Shown: positions 13,353 to 26,176 of the stretch, piece after piece | Layout of the letters: every line of letters starts with the position of its first letter | Position numbering within the stretch: the first letter of the stretch is position 1 | Origin: Octopus sinensis | Lineage: Eukaryota | Direction of reading: 5' to 3' | Length of the DNA stretch: 64,000 bases | NCBI RefSeq assembly: GCF_006345805.1 | Contig: NC_042997.1 | Location: 43,586,001 to 43,650,000 of the forward strand | Translations under genes and position numbers: made by a program | The notes under the pieces: model-generated | The model's input: only the letters and a program-made list of their open reading frames with translations | What the model was told of the DNA's origin: nothing | Database searches by the model: none

Positions 13353-13529
13353 ACCTGAAGACTAATATTGAGCTGCGTCAATGAAAGGGTTCTGTTTGTA
13401 AGGTTTTCCTTTTTAAATAGTTTTAGTCGATCAAATCGATCCCCGTCTTTATCTTATAAGGTTCATACTAATTTTATCGGTTTATTTTTTCGCGAAGCCC
13501 CAAATTAGGGGGACTTAAAACAACCTACA

Positions 13530-13745
13530 TGAATGTATGTACATATGTATATGTAATGTAATGCAAGAGTGTGTATGTATGTATGTATGTATGTATGTAT
13601 GTATGTATGTATGTATGTATGTATGTATGTGTGTGTATGTGTGTGTGTATGTATGTATGTATGTATGTATGTATGTATGTATGTATGTATGTATGTATGT
13701 ATGTATGTATGTATGTTTGTGTGTATGTATGTATGTATGTATGTA

Positions 13746-13776
<31 letters not shown>

Positions 13777-13929
13777 ATGTATGTATGTATGTATGTATGT
13801 ATGTATGTGTGGATGTATGTATGTATGTATGTGTGTATGTATATGTATGTGTGTGTGTATGTATGTATGTATGTAGGTAGGTATGTGTATGTGTATGTAT
13901 GTATGTATGTATGTGCGTGTGTGTGTTTA

Positions 13930-13960
<31 letters not shown>

Positions 13961-14090
13961 ATGTATGCATGCATGCATGCATGTATGTGTGTGTATGTAT
14001 GTATGTATGTATGTATGTATGTATGTATGTATGTTTGTGTGTATGTATGTGTGTATGTGTGTGTGTTTACATATCCATACATTCATATAA
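13530..14090. repeat. (ATGT)n/(GT)n microsatellite
   Basis: Directly visible. Confidence 0.97.
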
Positions 14091-14160
14091 ATGCATACAT
14101 ACAAGCGCGCATATTTGTATATGCATGTTTCGATATCTAACTTCTATTTATGCCTCCCAC

Positions 14161-14161
14161 T

Positions 14162-14200
<39 letters not shown>

Positions 14201-14266
14201 CCTCCCTCCCTCTCTCTCTCTCTCCTCTCTCTCCTCTCTCCCCTCACCCCCTCTCTCTCTCTCTCT
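14161..14266. repeat. (CT)n-rich polypyrimidine tract
   Basis: Directly visible. Confidence 0.95.
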
Positions 14267-14662
14267 GTTAGTGCGTGTTTGTCTGTCCATTGTGTGCGAC
14301 AGAAGCACCATTTGTTTAAAATAGCAATCTCAGTGTCATACTCAAAGCAGATGCATCAATGAGAGCTTAATCAACTGTGATATTTGCCCTGAGATAGTAT
14401 CTCTTATAGACGTATAGTGTTAAAAAAACAACACAGCAGCAGGCGAAAATTGTCCAGCAGTGGTAGTAGCATTGCTAAATGCGCATTTCTGCCTCTTTGG
14501 GATTCCTCGACTAGGAAAGAAAATAGAAAAGAAAAAGAACTTAATGAATTTTTTTCTAGACTAATTATTTTCCATCTACAAGAATGTCTGGCGTCATTAC
14601 ATGTTTAATTTATACATGTCGGGTTATGTCCTGCTGAAAGTTTCTAAAAAGAATGAAATATT

Positions 14663-14824
14663 GGCGCAGAAGTGGCTGTGTGGTAAGTAGCTTGCTAACC
14701 AACCACATGGTTCCGGGTTCAGTCCCACTGCGTGGCACCTTGGGCAAGTGTCTTCTACTATAGCCCAGGGCCGACCAATGCCTTGTGAGTGGATTTAGTA
14801 GACGGAAACTGAAAGAAGCCTGTC

Positions 14825-14865
<41 letters not shown>

Positions 14866-15359
14866 AATATAAACAAGAGGGGTAGTAATATTAGTTACTA
14901 CCAAGTGCCCAGCACAAAAGACGAATTAGTCGTTAGACAAAATATTATTCATATAGAAAAATATTGTTCATGTAGAAATACAATTAAAGGCTCCTAATAA
15001 TTTAGGAGCCTTTAATTATATTTCTACATGAACGAGTGCTGGGAACACAAAGGGGATGAACTTATCGAGAGTGAAAATCAAAAACGTTTACCGATAACTT
15101 TACATCTCGGACTGATCAGTTTCTGCCTACTTCTAGCGAAACACAGAATATGATTGCTAAGGCTGGCTTTATCAACGAGTCGCCTAAATTGAATCGAGGT
15201 CTGCAGCGATGTGAGACCATGTGTTTCGCTAGAAGTAGGCAGAAACTGATCAGTCCGAGATGTAAAGTTATCGGTAAACGTTTTTGATTTTCACTCTCGA
15301 TAAGTTCATCCCCTTTGTGTTCCCAGCACTCGGCATCCTAATTTAGAAGCCTTTAATTG

Positions 15360-15431
<72 letters not shown>

Positions 15432-15646
15432 TGTGTTTGTGTCTCCCCCTAGCATTGCTTGACAACCGATGCTGGTGTGTTTACGTCCCCGTCACTTAGC
15501 GGTTCGGCAAAAAGAGACCGATAGAATAAGTACTGGGCTTACAAAAAGAATAAGTCCCGGGTCGATTTGCTCGACTAAAAAGGCGGTGCTCCAGCATGGC
15601 CGCAGTCAAATGACTGAAACAAGTAAAAGAGAAGAGAGTAAAGAGT
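14663..15646 (+). mobile_element. SINE family B, interrupted by a foldback insertion
   Basis: A box TGGCTGTGTGG, B box GGTTCAGTCCC, CORE-like CCTTGGGCAAGT, internal (TA)n(TG)n and AAGAGT-type tail. Confidence 0.9.
14863..15362. mobile_element. Foldback/MITE-like insertion in (TA)n
   Basis: Inverted repeat of 113 bp (15033-15145 / 15220-15332) plus a hairpin at 14966-15033. Confidence 0.75.
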
Positions 15647-15771
15647 ATTGCTACATGTGATTTTTTAAAGACTCGAAATTTCAAAGAACTTTCGGTAATA
15701 AGTAAAGTAAAAGAATAAATATGCATATTCTATACGTATTCTTCTTCACCAATTTCAAATTCAAGCTTCGA

Positions 15772-16054
15772 ATTCCTCCAAATACAATGAAGAAATGATT
15801 CCTCCAAATACAATGAAGAAATGATTCCTCCAAATACAATGAAGCAATGATTCCTCCAAATACAATGAAGAAATGATTCCTCCAAATACAATGAAGCAAT
15901 GATTCCTCCAAATACAATGAAGAAATGATTCCTCCAAATACATGAAGAAATGATTCTCCAAATACAATGAAGCAATGATTCTCCAAATACAATGAAGAAA
16001 TGATTCCTCCAAATACAATGAAGAAATGATTCCTCCAAATACAATGAAGAAATG
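15772..16054. repeat. 26-bp minisatellite, about 11 copies
   Basis: Unit ATTCCTCCAAATACAATGAAG(A/C)AATG. Confidence 0.95.
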
Positions 16055-16301
16055 TGTGTGTGTGTGTATGTAGCCTATTGCCCTACGTACTTCTTTCTAC
16101 CCAGTAAATTCTCTCTGACACCTTCTCATCTATTTCAAGGCACGCTATAAAATGAATGTGCTTGCATACGCTTTGATAAACTTTCATTCACAAACGTACT
16201 GACAAGAACATGCTTTCATGCAGTATAAAAACAATAGTCTCGCAAGCATACATAAGTTTCCATAGTTTGATAATAACATTGCCAACACACACACACACAC
16301 A

Positions 16302-16356
<55 letters not shown>

Positions 16357-16463
16357 CACACACACACACACGTACTCACACACGTACGCACGTACACACA
16401 CACTTACGCACATACATACATACATACATACATACATACATACATACATACATACATACATAC

Positions 16464-16897
16464 GGCGATCTTTCGTCTCTAGTAGACCTTTCCGTCGATT
16501 TCCGTAAACAAATTTTTTTTTTACATATGGGCTTGCGGGAACTTTTGAAGTAATATACATACATATACACATACACCGAGTAAAAAATTTCAGTTATCTC
16601 TCTCTTTCACACATTACTCTGTCTCTTCACACACACTAACAGAAGCACTTCACTTACACAACATACTATCTGTCTCCCACACCCCATCAAACACACACAC
16701 ACACACGCACACACACACACATGTACATCAATGCTTCCCATGCACGGTAACTTCAAAAGAACTTCCCTCGTCATACAATCGCTTTCTCTTAGTCTCTTTC
16801 GCTCTCATTACTTCAAAAGTTCCCGCAAGCCCATATGTAAAAAAAAAAAATTTTTACGGAAATCGACGGAAAGGTCTACTAGAGACGAAAGATTGCC
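16464..16897 (+). mobile_element. Non-autonomous DNA transposon (Merlin-like MITE)
   Basis: About 90-bp TIRs beginning GGCGATCTTTCGTCTCTAGTAGACC; inserted in (TACA)n; second copy at 50306. Confidence 0.85.
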
Positions 16898-17427
16898 CAT
16901 ACATACATACATACATACATACATACATACATACATACATACATACATACATACATACTCACGCACGCTCACAAATACGCATTTTTGCACTAACTGGCAC
17001 AGTATGATTATATTGTCTTACAAGCATACATGCTCTAGTATTATCATGTAAAATTTCTATTGTCGCCTGTCAAACATGAACCCTTTCATGTTGATATTTT
17101 CACAAACAATATAAACTTCATTTCGTATCACTGAAACATAAACCATCTAACAACAAAGTAGTATAGTATATTTCTGCCATATAAGCCTTTGATATCTTTA
17201 TTTCACTGCTGTGAGTTGACATGCATGACCTGTGTTTTACAAACCGAGCACATTCTCTTGCACAATACACTTCTCATAATTTTTACTTATGTTCGCTATA
17301 AATTGATCATCTTCAATATACAACGGATTCTCGTCTTTAATTTTTGTTTTTCGTGTTCCCGGATGACCGGGCGTATCACTGGCTGTTTATAGCGTTTTCC
17401 TTGCCCTTTCTCGAGATGGTTAAATCA

Positions 17428-17890
17428 GTATGTATGTATGTGTGTATGTATGTATGTATGTATGTATGTACGTATGTATGTATGTATGTATGTATGCATG
17501 CATGTATGTATGTATGTATGTATGTATGTATGTATGTATGTATGCATGCATGCATGTATGTATGTATGTATGTATGTATGTATGTATGTATGTATGTATG
17601 TATGTATGTATGTATGTATGTATGTATGCATGTATGTATGCATACATGTTTGTATGTATGTATGTATGTATGTATGCATGTATGTATGCATGTGTGTATG
17701 TATGCATGTGTGTGTATGTATGTATGTGTGTATGTATGTATGTATGCATGCATGTATGTATGTATGTATGCATGTATGTATGCATGCATGCATGTATGTA
17801 TGTATGTATGTATGTATGTATGTATGTATGTATGTGTGTATGTATGTATGTATCTATGTATGTGTGCGTGTGTGTGTGTGTGTACGTGTG
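17428..17890. repeat. (ATGT)n microsatellite
   Basis: Directly visible. Confidence 0.97.
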
Positions 17891-18824
17891 GGTAAACTTA
17901 CACACGAGGATTTGCGCGTTACGATAGAACACGGTTTGTATGTTTTATTTATTGTTTATGTGTGTGCCTTCAAATTTAATCCATATATATATATGATTGT
18001 GAACTTATGTCTACCTTGGTCCCTCAAATGGAGAACCCTTGATACGTTTTACAAATTTCCATTGTATCTCTAATCATCTGTATCTGGGGAATGGGAATCA
18101 GCCGGCTCTGATTTCTTTCTTTTTTCTTTTTTTTTTATAACCCAAGCCCTTTTAAGCTTCTATGCAGATCTATTGCTACGTAGATCACTACACCTGGTCT
18201 AGCCTACAGTGAGCAGATTTCAACAATGCTGCTTCGCTTCTTTAAGGACAGCTTCGTTGATGAGATGTCATTCGGCATAGCCCAAGATTCTTCATTCTTG
18301 TTCTTCAGTTACTATATTGTGTGTTCACAGTAATCGTTGATGAATACATTCAAGCAACCTGTATATGATTTATACCTCATACTGAGCACACTGTGGGCCT
18401 CTAGATTTTGGCCGCAAGTGTCTCCTGGTTTTTAATTACGAGTGTTGTATGTTCAACAGCCAGCTAGACTGACACATCAACCCCAGCAGTGTTCTTTTGA
18501 ACAGGTTAACGAAGGCTGCCCTGTGGAATGTTAGCTTTCTACATCAATAACCGTCAATCAGGTCCCTCCCGGTTTTGTGACAGCCGCCAGGAGAGTTTCA
18601 CTGTGAAATAAATGTTTGCACAGTACTCACTTCGTAGCTCATCTAATAACCAAATGTTGTGTTATTCGCATGAACGTTGTGTTGTTTGTTTACGTTCCAA
18701 ATGATTCCCCTAACGGCTCTAGAGTATCTGGTGGATGGGGCTTTCACAACTCTGATAGTATGGCCTTTCATACTGCAATAAACCGCTTGTGGGTTTATTG
18801 CAAACTTATGTAGTGACGCTATAC

Positions 18825-19115
18825 AACAGTGCACGCGCGCGCAACGTCATCTTCAGTTCGCGTGTGCGGTGTTGGAGCCTTCTGGAAAGGCAGAAGGGAA
18901 GTGCCCTCTCGCGCATGCGCGAAGACCGGAAGAAGGAATTGCTGATGTGGCAATAGCTGATTAGGCGAGGGAGCGTTAACCTTAACCAAAAGGGTACAGA
19001 GACACGTAGCAGTCAGCAGAACGCTTTCGATACCAAATTGTTGCAGACCGTATTTTCTTCGCTCTCTAAGGACGCCATATTTGACCAGCTCTGTTTTGCT
19101 GCTGAACTTGTAAGA
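18825..19115. promoter_or_regulatory. CpG-rich promoter-like island
   Basis: NRF1-like GCGCATGCGC (about 18911), ETS-like ACCGGAAG (about 18925) and YY1-like CGCCATATT (about 19073) in locally GC-rich sequence. Confidence 0.45.
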
Positions 19116-19933
19116 TTCTTACAAGCGTTAAAGTTCAGCCTTGCCACATCCAGACCCAAGTGGAACCAAATATACCACCTTATTTCTTACTGTTATAAGA
19201 AAAATAAAGAGTATATATTTTTACTGTTGCGTTTGTGTTCTTTGACTGGTAGAATCTGGAAATTAAAAGAAGCAACTAATTCCCGTTACACTTACGATTG
19301 ATGGCTTTTCGTTCACGAAGTTGTTTGCTTTTTTACCTGTGTAAAACAATTGTTCATTTACTACTCGCAGTCTGTATTTAAGGGCAATGTATTCTCGTTA
19401 TTGTTTCTTGTCAACATTTCCCATAGACTTTAGTTGCAGCTGGTGGTTCATGGATTTACTATTCATTTCACCCGTGATGATTGTATCCAACTGTCCAATA
19501 TTTTCCACGAGTCTGTCGATATGTGCCTGGTTGTTTCTTCTCGCAGAGATCGATCACTGCTACTTTCATCTGTTGGCGAATGGCAATCGCACCACTTTAC
19601 AACCGACGAACATTCAATGTCCAAAAGTCGGGATTTTTCAATTTCTGCTAATTGTTCTTTAGCTATTTGGTCCATTGCGGATAACCTTTGGTCGGTAGGT
19701 TTTGCATCGATTCGTGTCTGTAGACGGTGAACTTTTGCTAGAATTTTGTTGTTGAATGTTCTTTCAGTATTATTCAATCATTATTTCTGTTTGTTCGTAA
19801 TCAGTCGCTGCTCGCTAGTGTAATGGCGGTATGTAATGGTATAATAGTGTAATGGCGATATGTTCGTTTCAGTTTTATTGCTATCGTGATCCGTATTGTT
19901 CACAATCTTCTCAAGAGAAGGATTGACTGGTCT

Positions 19934-20152
19934 ACGTATGTATGTATGTACGTATGTATGTGTGTGTGTATGTATGTATGTATGTATGTATGTATGTATG
20001 TATGTATGTATGTATGTATGTATGTATGTACGTATGTATATGTGTGTGTGTGTATGTATGTATGTATGTATGTATGTTTGTATGTGTGTGTGTATGTATG
20101 TATGTATGTATGTATGTATGTTTGTGTGTGTTGGGTGTGTGTGCGCGTGTGT
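19934..20152. repeat. (ATGT)n microsatellite
   Basis: Directly visible. Confidence 0.97.
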
Positions 20153-20389
20153 ATCATTATTCAGTTTTATTTCAAGATTTCTTGTCAATAGAGAAAGAGC
20201 CGGTTTCTAACCCAGATCCAAGTCCCTTTCATTGGAATTTCAACAACATCAACAGGTATTTTTTCATGCATGTATGTGCATACATGTGCAGTATTTGGAG
20301 TTGGTGCATGTGCAGATTTCTATGTTTTGTTTTATGTATGTATTCTCATGCGTATAGTTGCATGTCTAGACATGCTCATATATACTTAA

Positions 20390-20725
20390 ATTATAAACTT
20401 CTGGGAAGTTTTACAGATTGTTGCTGTTACTGTGATGGCTTGGCTCTGTAGTCTTTGAATCAGCTTTCTTCTTTCTGGTTTTCAGAAGCCTAATTTCTCA
20501 AGATAAGTACTTGGACAGTGTGCTACATATTCCAGTGCTCCAATAATTATAGGTGTAAACCTGAACTTGTAATCTGGCTAGAGTAACTGCTGATTTCTCA
20601 ATAATTCAGCGTAGGTATTTTCTTTTCCCCTGATCTTTAGCTTTATGTTAACATCTGCTGGGCTGCTGATTTTCACAACTGTACACAAGTTCTCTTCTCT
20701 ATCTCAAATCTCTGTCAAGTCCATT
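20390..20725 (-). mobile_element. RLE-type LINE 3' remnant
   Basis: Minus translation ENLCTVVKISSPADVNI...KENTYAELLR...PIIIGALE. Confidence 0.75.
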
Positions 20726-20769
20726 ATGTATGCATGTATCTCCTCAAAGACATACATCATCTCAAAAGA

Positions 20770-21211
20770 GTTCAGACGCATGGTTCATGGTCTCACGAAT
20801 TTGTCTTATGAAGAAAGGCTGAAGACGGTCGACCTTTATTCTCTAGAAAAACGCCGCCGCCGTGGTGATCTCATTCTCGCTTGCAACATCATAAGCGGAA
20901 AGTGTAACCTCTCGAAAGAGCTGTTCTTCACTCCTGCTCCAGAGCGTCGGCTGCGGGGTCATTCCGAAAAGCTCTATCTGCGACGATTTCATCTTAATCG
21001 AAGGAGAGGGGCTTTCTCTGTCCGGGTTGCGGATCCGTGGAACAAGCTGCCAGACGAGATGGTGAAGATGCCGACGACCGCTTTGTTCAAAGCCTCCCTT
21101 GACCTCAAGTGGCCTCAACTCTTTACATGAACACCACCCTGTACTTAACTCCATGTCCCCCTACATGGCCTTGCTATTTGCTTTTTGAGCCAATTTAACT
21201 AACTAACTAAC
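20770..21211 (+). mobile_element. CR1-clade LINE 3' end
   Basis: LSYEERLKTVDLYSLEKRRRRGDLI...FSVRVADPWNKLP...FKASLD; short 3' UTR and (AACT)n tail. Confidence 0.92.
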
Positions 21212-21221
21212 ATGTAAGTAT

Positions 21222-21415
21222 TATGTATGTATGTATGTATGTATGTATGTATGTATGTATGTTGTATGTATGTATGTATGTATGTATGTAGGTATGTATG
21301 TATATATGTATGTATGTATGTACGTGCGTACGTATGTATGTACGTATGTATGTATGTATGTATGTATGTATGTATGTATGTATGTATGTATGTATGTATG
21401 TACGTACGTACGTAC

Positions 21416-21446
<31 letters not shown>

Positions 21447-21536
21447 TGTATGTATGTATGTATGTATGTATTGTATGTATGTATGTACGTGCGTACGTAT
21501 GTATGTATGTATGTATGTATCTACGTACGTACGTAC

Positions 21537-21567
<31 letters not shown>

Positions 21568-21684
21568 TGTATGTATGTATGTAGGTATATATGTATATAT
21601 GTATGTATGTATGTATGTACGTGCGTACGTATGTATGTACGTATGTATGTATGTATGTATGTATGTACGTACGTACGTACGTAC

Positions 21685-21732
<48 letters not shown>

Positions 21733-21869
21733 GTATGTATGTATGTATGTATGTATGTATGTATGTATGTATGTACGTACGTACGTACGTATGTATGTAC
21801 GTATGTATGTATGTATGTACGTACATAAGTATGTATGTATGTATGTACGTATGTATGTACGTACGTACA

Positions 21870-21901
<32 letters not shown>

Positions 21902-21967
21902 CGTACGTACGTACATATATATGTATGTATGTATGTGTGGATGTATGTATGTATGTATGTATGTATG
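21222..21967. repeat. (ATGT)n/(ACGT)n microsatellite
   Basis: Directly visible. Confidence 0.97.
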
Positions 21968-22059
21968 CCTTCATGTAATTTATTAATATTCTTCTTAAAA
22001 TGAAGGAACCGGTTTGTGAAAAAACAAACCAAAGCCCTACAATTGGAGTTTGGAGAACA

Positions 22060-22790
22060 AAAAGATAATTGTTATGTATCGAATTTTATTTAAGAAAGCC
22101 TTGCATATTTTTATTGTTCCACTTACAGATGACATCTATTAAGTTCATTTTTGGCCAGTTTCTTTCTTCACTTGAAAATCCTAGCTTTTCCACATCATCT
22201 CTTTGACATTTATTTACTTAACCCAGTGCACCAATAACCATTGATATAAATTGTGAATTTATAATCAGGATAGTGGGTGAGGGAGGCTATAGGTTTTGAA
22301 GCAGTTCTCGATAGGTATTCTCTTCTTTCTGGTTTTAGAAAAGATGTTCAGATCTACAAGGGAAATATCCTATATGACTATACCAGACCTATTCTTTTCT
22401 GTCCCAAATAATTATGTCAGGATTGTTATGTTTGTAGTTGGTAGAAGCTCTGACGGGAATATCTAATCAATATGTTCTTTATTGATAACTATTTACTCCA
22501 TAGCAGAGGTGTTATTTATATTTATCCCAGGGAAATCTTTTAAGCAGATTGTGTGGTATGGTTTATTGTTTTAGCAATAACATCATATCACAGTGGGAGG
22601 TAGTATCTCAAGGGCATTTTCGGGAAGTTGTTGATTACATGTGTTGTGTCCTCCAAAGATAAACAGTATAATCGACATTTGCGGTCTCCATTTGAACCCA
22701 ATTAAAGACTTACTGTTTTGTAGTAACTTTATGAAGCAAAATCTTAACAACTAACATCTTATGTTGTGACAAAATCCATGTGGCACTTGA
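22060..22790 (-). mobile_element. RLE-type LINE remnant (zinc knuckle + nuclease)
   Basis: Minus translation KCRLYCLSLEDTTHVI, KHNNPDIIIWDR and a decayed IGALG motif. Confidence 0.7.
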
Positions 22791-22836
22791 TTGCAGTAAC
22801 TGTAATATTTTTTAATATTAATCACAACAACAAGAT

Positions 22837-23045
22837 GGCGAGCTGGCGGAACCCTTAGCCTGCCGGACAAAAATACTTAACGACATTTCGTCCGTCTTTA
22901 CGCTCTGAGTTTAAATTCTGCCGTGATCGACTTGGCCTTTCATTCTTTCGGAATCGATAAAATAAGTACCAAGTGAACTGTGGAGGTGATGTAATCGACT
23001 TACACCGTCCCCTGACTTTGTTGGTCCTTCGTCAAAATTTGAAGC
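22837..23045 (+). mobile_element. SINE family C
   Basis: Head GGCGAGCTGGCGGAAC plus central domain. Confidence 0.8.
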
Positions 23046-23592
23046 CACTAATACGAAGTACTTTCATTTCATTACTTCTTTGCTTAAGCTAAGATTAGTC
23101 ATTTTTATTTTGTAGTATATCATATTTTTCTATTTTCAAAAGCGCCATTATTACCATACGGCAATAACATGCACGCGCGCATAACGACTGAAGAGGTATC
23201 AGTTCTGAATAGCTGTCTAAATATCTTAACGTGGATATACCGTAAGAAAGCCGTAATGCTGCAGTACTCGTTTTGAGAAAGCATCTCTTATAGACGTACA
23301 ATGCCCAAAAGAATCAGTAGGATACTATACGTAGAAATCCTGGAATCTAGCAACCGCTACAATACTTGTCTGCTGTTGATACGTTTTGTGTATTTTAGGC
23401 CAATACGTCTATATGACAGGCCTTCTCAAGACGAATACCGCAGTATTACGACTGTAACTGGATGAACGATCTGTAACACTGGAGGGGTGCAGCTCTCATT
23501 CCTTACATTAAATTATTTATCGAAGGAAAAGCCAAGACTTCTGAATATCTTCAACAGCATAAATATTTTATTTCTGAATTCGCAATATATAC

Positions 23593-23748
23593 ATTCTTCT
23601 TCCGGGCGAATCGGTAGCCTAGGAGCTCGTTGCGGTGGTCAAGTGGAATGAGGCAAATCCTGTCTGTTCCAGCATAGTGTAGCAACGCCACGAGGTTGCA
23701 GCTTGGGAGAGATGTTAAAACTCGACCGTCCTGTTCGACTGTCAGCAT
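23593..23748 (-). CDS. Candidate first coding exon of an unidentified gene
   Basis: ATG lies just downstream of the NRF1/ETS cluster; MLTVEQDGRVLTSLPSCNLVALLHYAGTDRICLIPLDHRNELLGYRFARKKN followed by a weak GTATAT donor; no homology recognised. Confidence 0.25.
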
Positions 23749-23784
23749 TCGAGAGAGGTCGATACGCGGAAAATTTTGCTGCTG

Positions 23785-23880
23785 CTAGTTTACTGCGCAT
23801 GCGCATGAGCGAACTTCCGGCAGGCCTCCCGGAAGAATCCAAAGTCTGCGCATGCGTGCTGAAGATTTTTCCAAAATGGG
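23785..23880. promoter_or_regulatory. Promoter-like NRF1/ETS motif cluster, possibly bidirectional
   Basis: TGCGCATGCGCA 23794-23805, ACTTCCGG 23813-23820, CCGGAAG 23829-23835, TGCGCATGCG 23847-23856. Confidence 0.55.
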
Positions 23881-24032
23881 GTCACTAAACGACTTCCTTA
23901 CAGCATATCTACGTTAAGTAAGATATACAGATTGCCATACATACATATATACCTGTATATATGTATAAATATATACATGTATGTATGTAGATATGCATAC
24001 ATGTATGTATGCATCCATATATACAGGTACGT

Positions 24033-24261
24033 GGCGGCGAGCTGGCAGAGTCGTTAGCACGCCGGGCAAAATGGTTAGCGGTATTTCGTCTGCCGTTAGG
24101 TTCTGAGTTCAAATTCCGCCGAGGTCGACTTTACCTTTCATCCTTTCGGGGTCAATTAAATAAGTACCAGTTACGCACTGGGGTTGATATAATCGACTTA
24201 ATCCGATTGTCTGTCCTTGTTTGTCCCCTCTATGTTTATCCCCTTGTGGGTAATAAAGAAT
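24033..24261 (+). mobile_element. SINE family C monomer
   Basis: GGCGGCGAGCTGGCAGAGTCGTTAGCACGCCGGGC...TGTGGGTAATAAAGAA. Confidence 0.9.
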
Positions 24262-24265
24262 TATA

Positions 24266-25440
24266 TATACATGTATGTATGTATGTATGTATGTATGTAT
24301 GTATTTATGTATTTATGTATTTATGTATGTATGTATGTATGTATGTATGTATGTGTGTATGTATGTATGTATGTGTGTATGTATGTATGTATGTATGTAT
24401 GTATGTATGTATGTGTGTATGTATGTGTGTATGCATGTATGTATGTGTGTATGTATGTATGTATGTGTGTTTGTATGTATGTATGTATGTATGTATGTAT
24501 GTATGTATCCATGTATGTATGTATGTATGTATTTATGTATGTATGTATGTATGTATGTGTGTATGTATGTATGTATGTATGTATGTATGTGTGTGTATGT
24601 ATGTATGTATGTATTTATGTATGTATGTATGTATGTATGTATGTATGTATGTGTGTATGTATGTATGTATGTATGTATGTATGTATGTATGCATGTATGT
24701 ATGTATGTATGTATGTATGTATGTATGTATGTTGTATGTATGTATGTATGTATGTGTATGTATGTATGTAGTATGTATGTATGTATGTGTGTATGTATGT
24801 ATGTATGTATGTATGTATGTGTGTATGTATGTATGTATGTATGTATGTGTGTTGTATGTATGTATGTGTGTATGTATGTATGTATGTATGTATGTGTGTA
24901 TGTATGTATGTATGTATGTATGTATGTGTGTATGTATGTATGTATGTATGTATGTGTGTGTGTATGTATGTATGTGTGTGTATGTATGTATGTATGTATG
25001 TATGTATGTATGTATGTATGTATGTATGTATGTGTGTATGTAGTATGTATGTGTGTGTGTGTATGTATGTATGTATGTATGTATGTATGTATGTATGTAT
25101 GTATGTGTGTACGTATGTATGTGTGTGTGTATGTATGTATGTGTGTGTGTATGTATGTATGTGTGTGTATGTATGTATGTATGTATGTATATGTGTGTGT
25201 ATGTATGTATGTATGTATGTAGGTATGTATGTATGTATGTGGTATGTATGTATGTGTGTATGTATTATGTATGTATGTATGTATGTATGTGTGTATGTAG
25301 TATGTATGTATGTGAGTGTGTATGTATGTATGTATGTATGTATGTGTGTATGTATGTATGTATGTATGTATGTATGTGTGTATGTATGTATGTATGTGTG
25401 TATGTATGTATGTATGTATGTATGTGTGTTTGTGTGTATA
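24266..25440. repeat. About 1.2-kb (ATGT)n microsatellite
   Basis: Directly visible. Confidence 0.97.
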
Positions 25441-25572
25441 TGTGCCGCTTGTGTGAGTGTGTTTATGTCAATAGTCTAACATTAAATTGAAGAATTACTT
25501 AATACTTTTTTTGTAGAGTTGCATGCTTATTATTCTTTTACTTTGCTACCGCTTTTGCAAAAGTAAGTGTGA

Positions 25573-25616
<44 letters not shown>

Positions 25617-26176
25617 GCGCGCGCTTTTGTGTCACTGCGTGCGTGCGTGCATGTGCGTGTAATATTTGTATGAACGTATTTATGAACAAATACACAGAAT
25701 CATATGTGTTGCTATTGGATACATTATGCTTAACATCCTTTTCATTGCTGTTGTTACGGCAACCATTTGTCATGTGTTAATTTTATGCTGTAACAATATT
25801 CTCGTCCTCCTTTGAATTTCTCTGACACCTTGAGTTAATCTTGCATTAACAATTGCTAAAGGGTGCAGGTGTCTCTGTATTTATTATGGATAAAGTTTTA
25901 ATTAGTATGAATAATCTGCTAGATTGTTAGAAATCTGTAAGGTGATTGTTTCAGCTTTGTTCACACATTTATACAAAAGATTTTCTACAGCTTGAATCTT
26001 GATCTTGGCTCCTGTCTAAATAACTTTAACGCCTCTCTATCACCTGTTTTCAGGATCTGATGGAAAGTTGCTGGTCAACCTAAATATTTACTGTGTAACA
26101 TTTTCAAAAGTGCGAACAGAAAATAAACCGTAAATTTATCTTTTAGGCACGCTTAACGTCCATGTTAAAAATAGAA

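Noticed and set aside
13505-25490. Many MYVC/HTYI-rich ORFs
   Set aside because: These are translations of (ATGT)n microsatellites.
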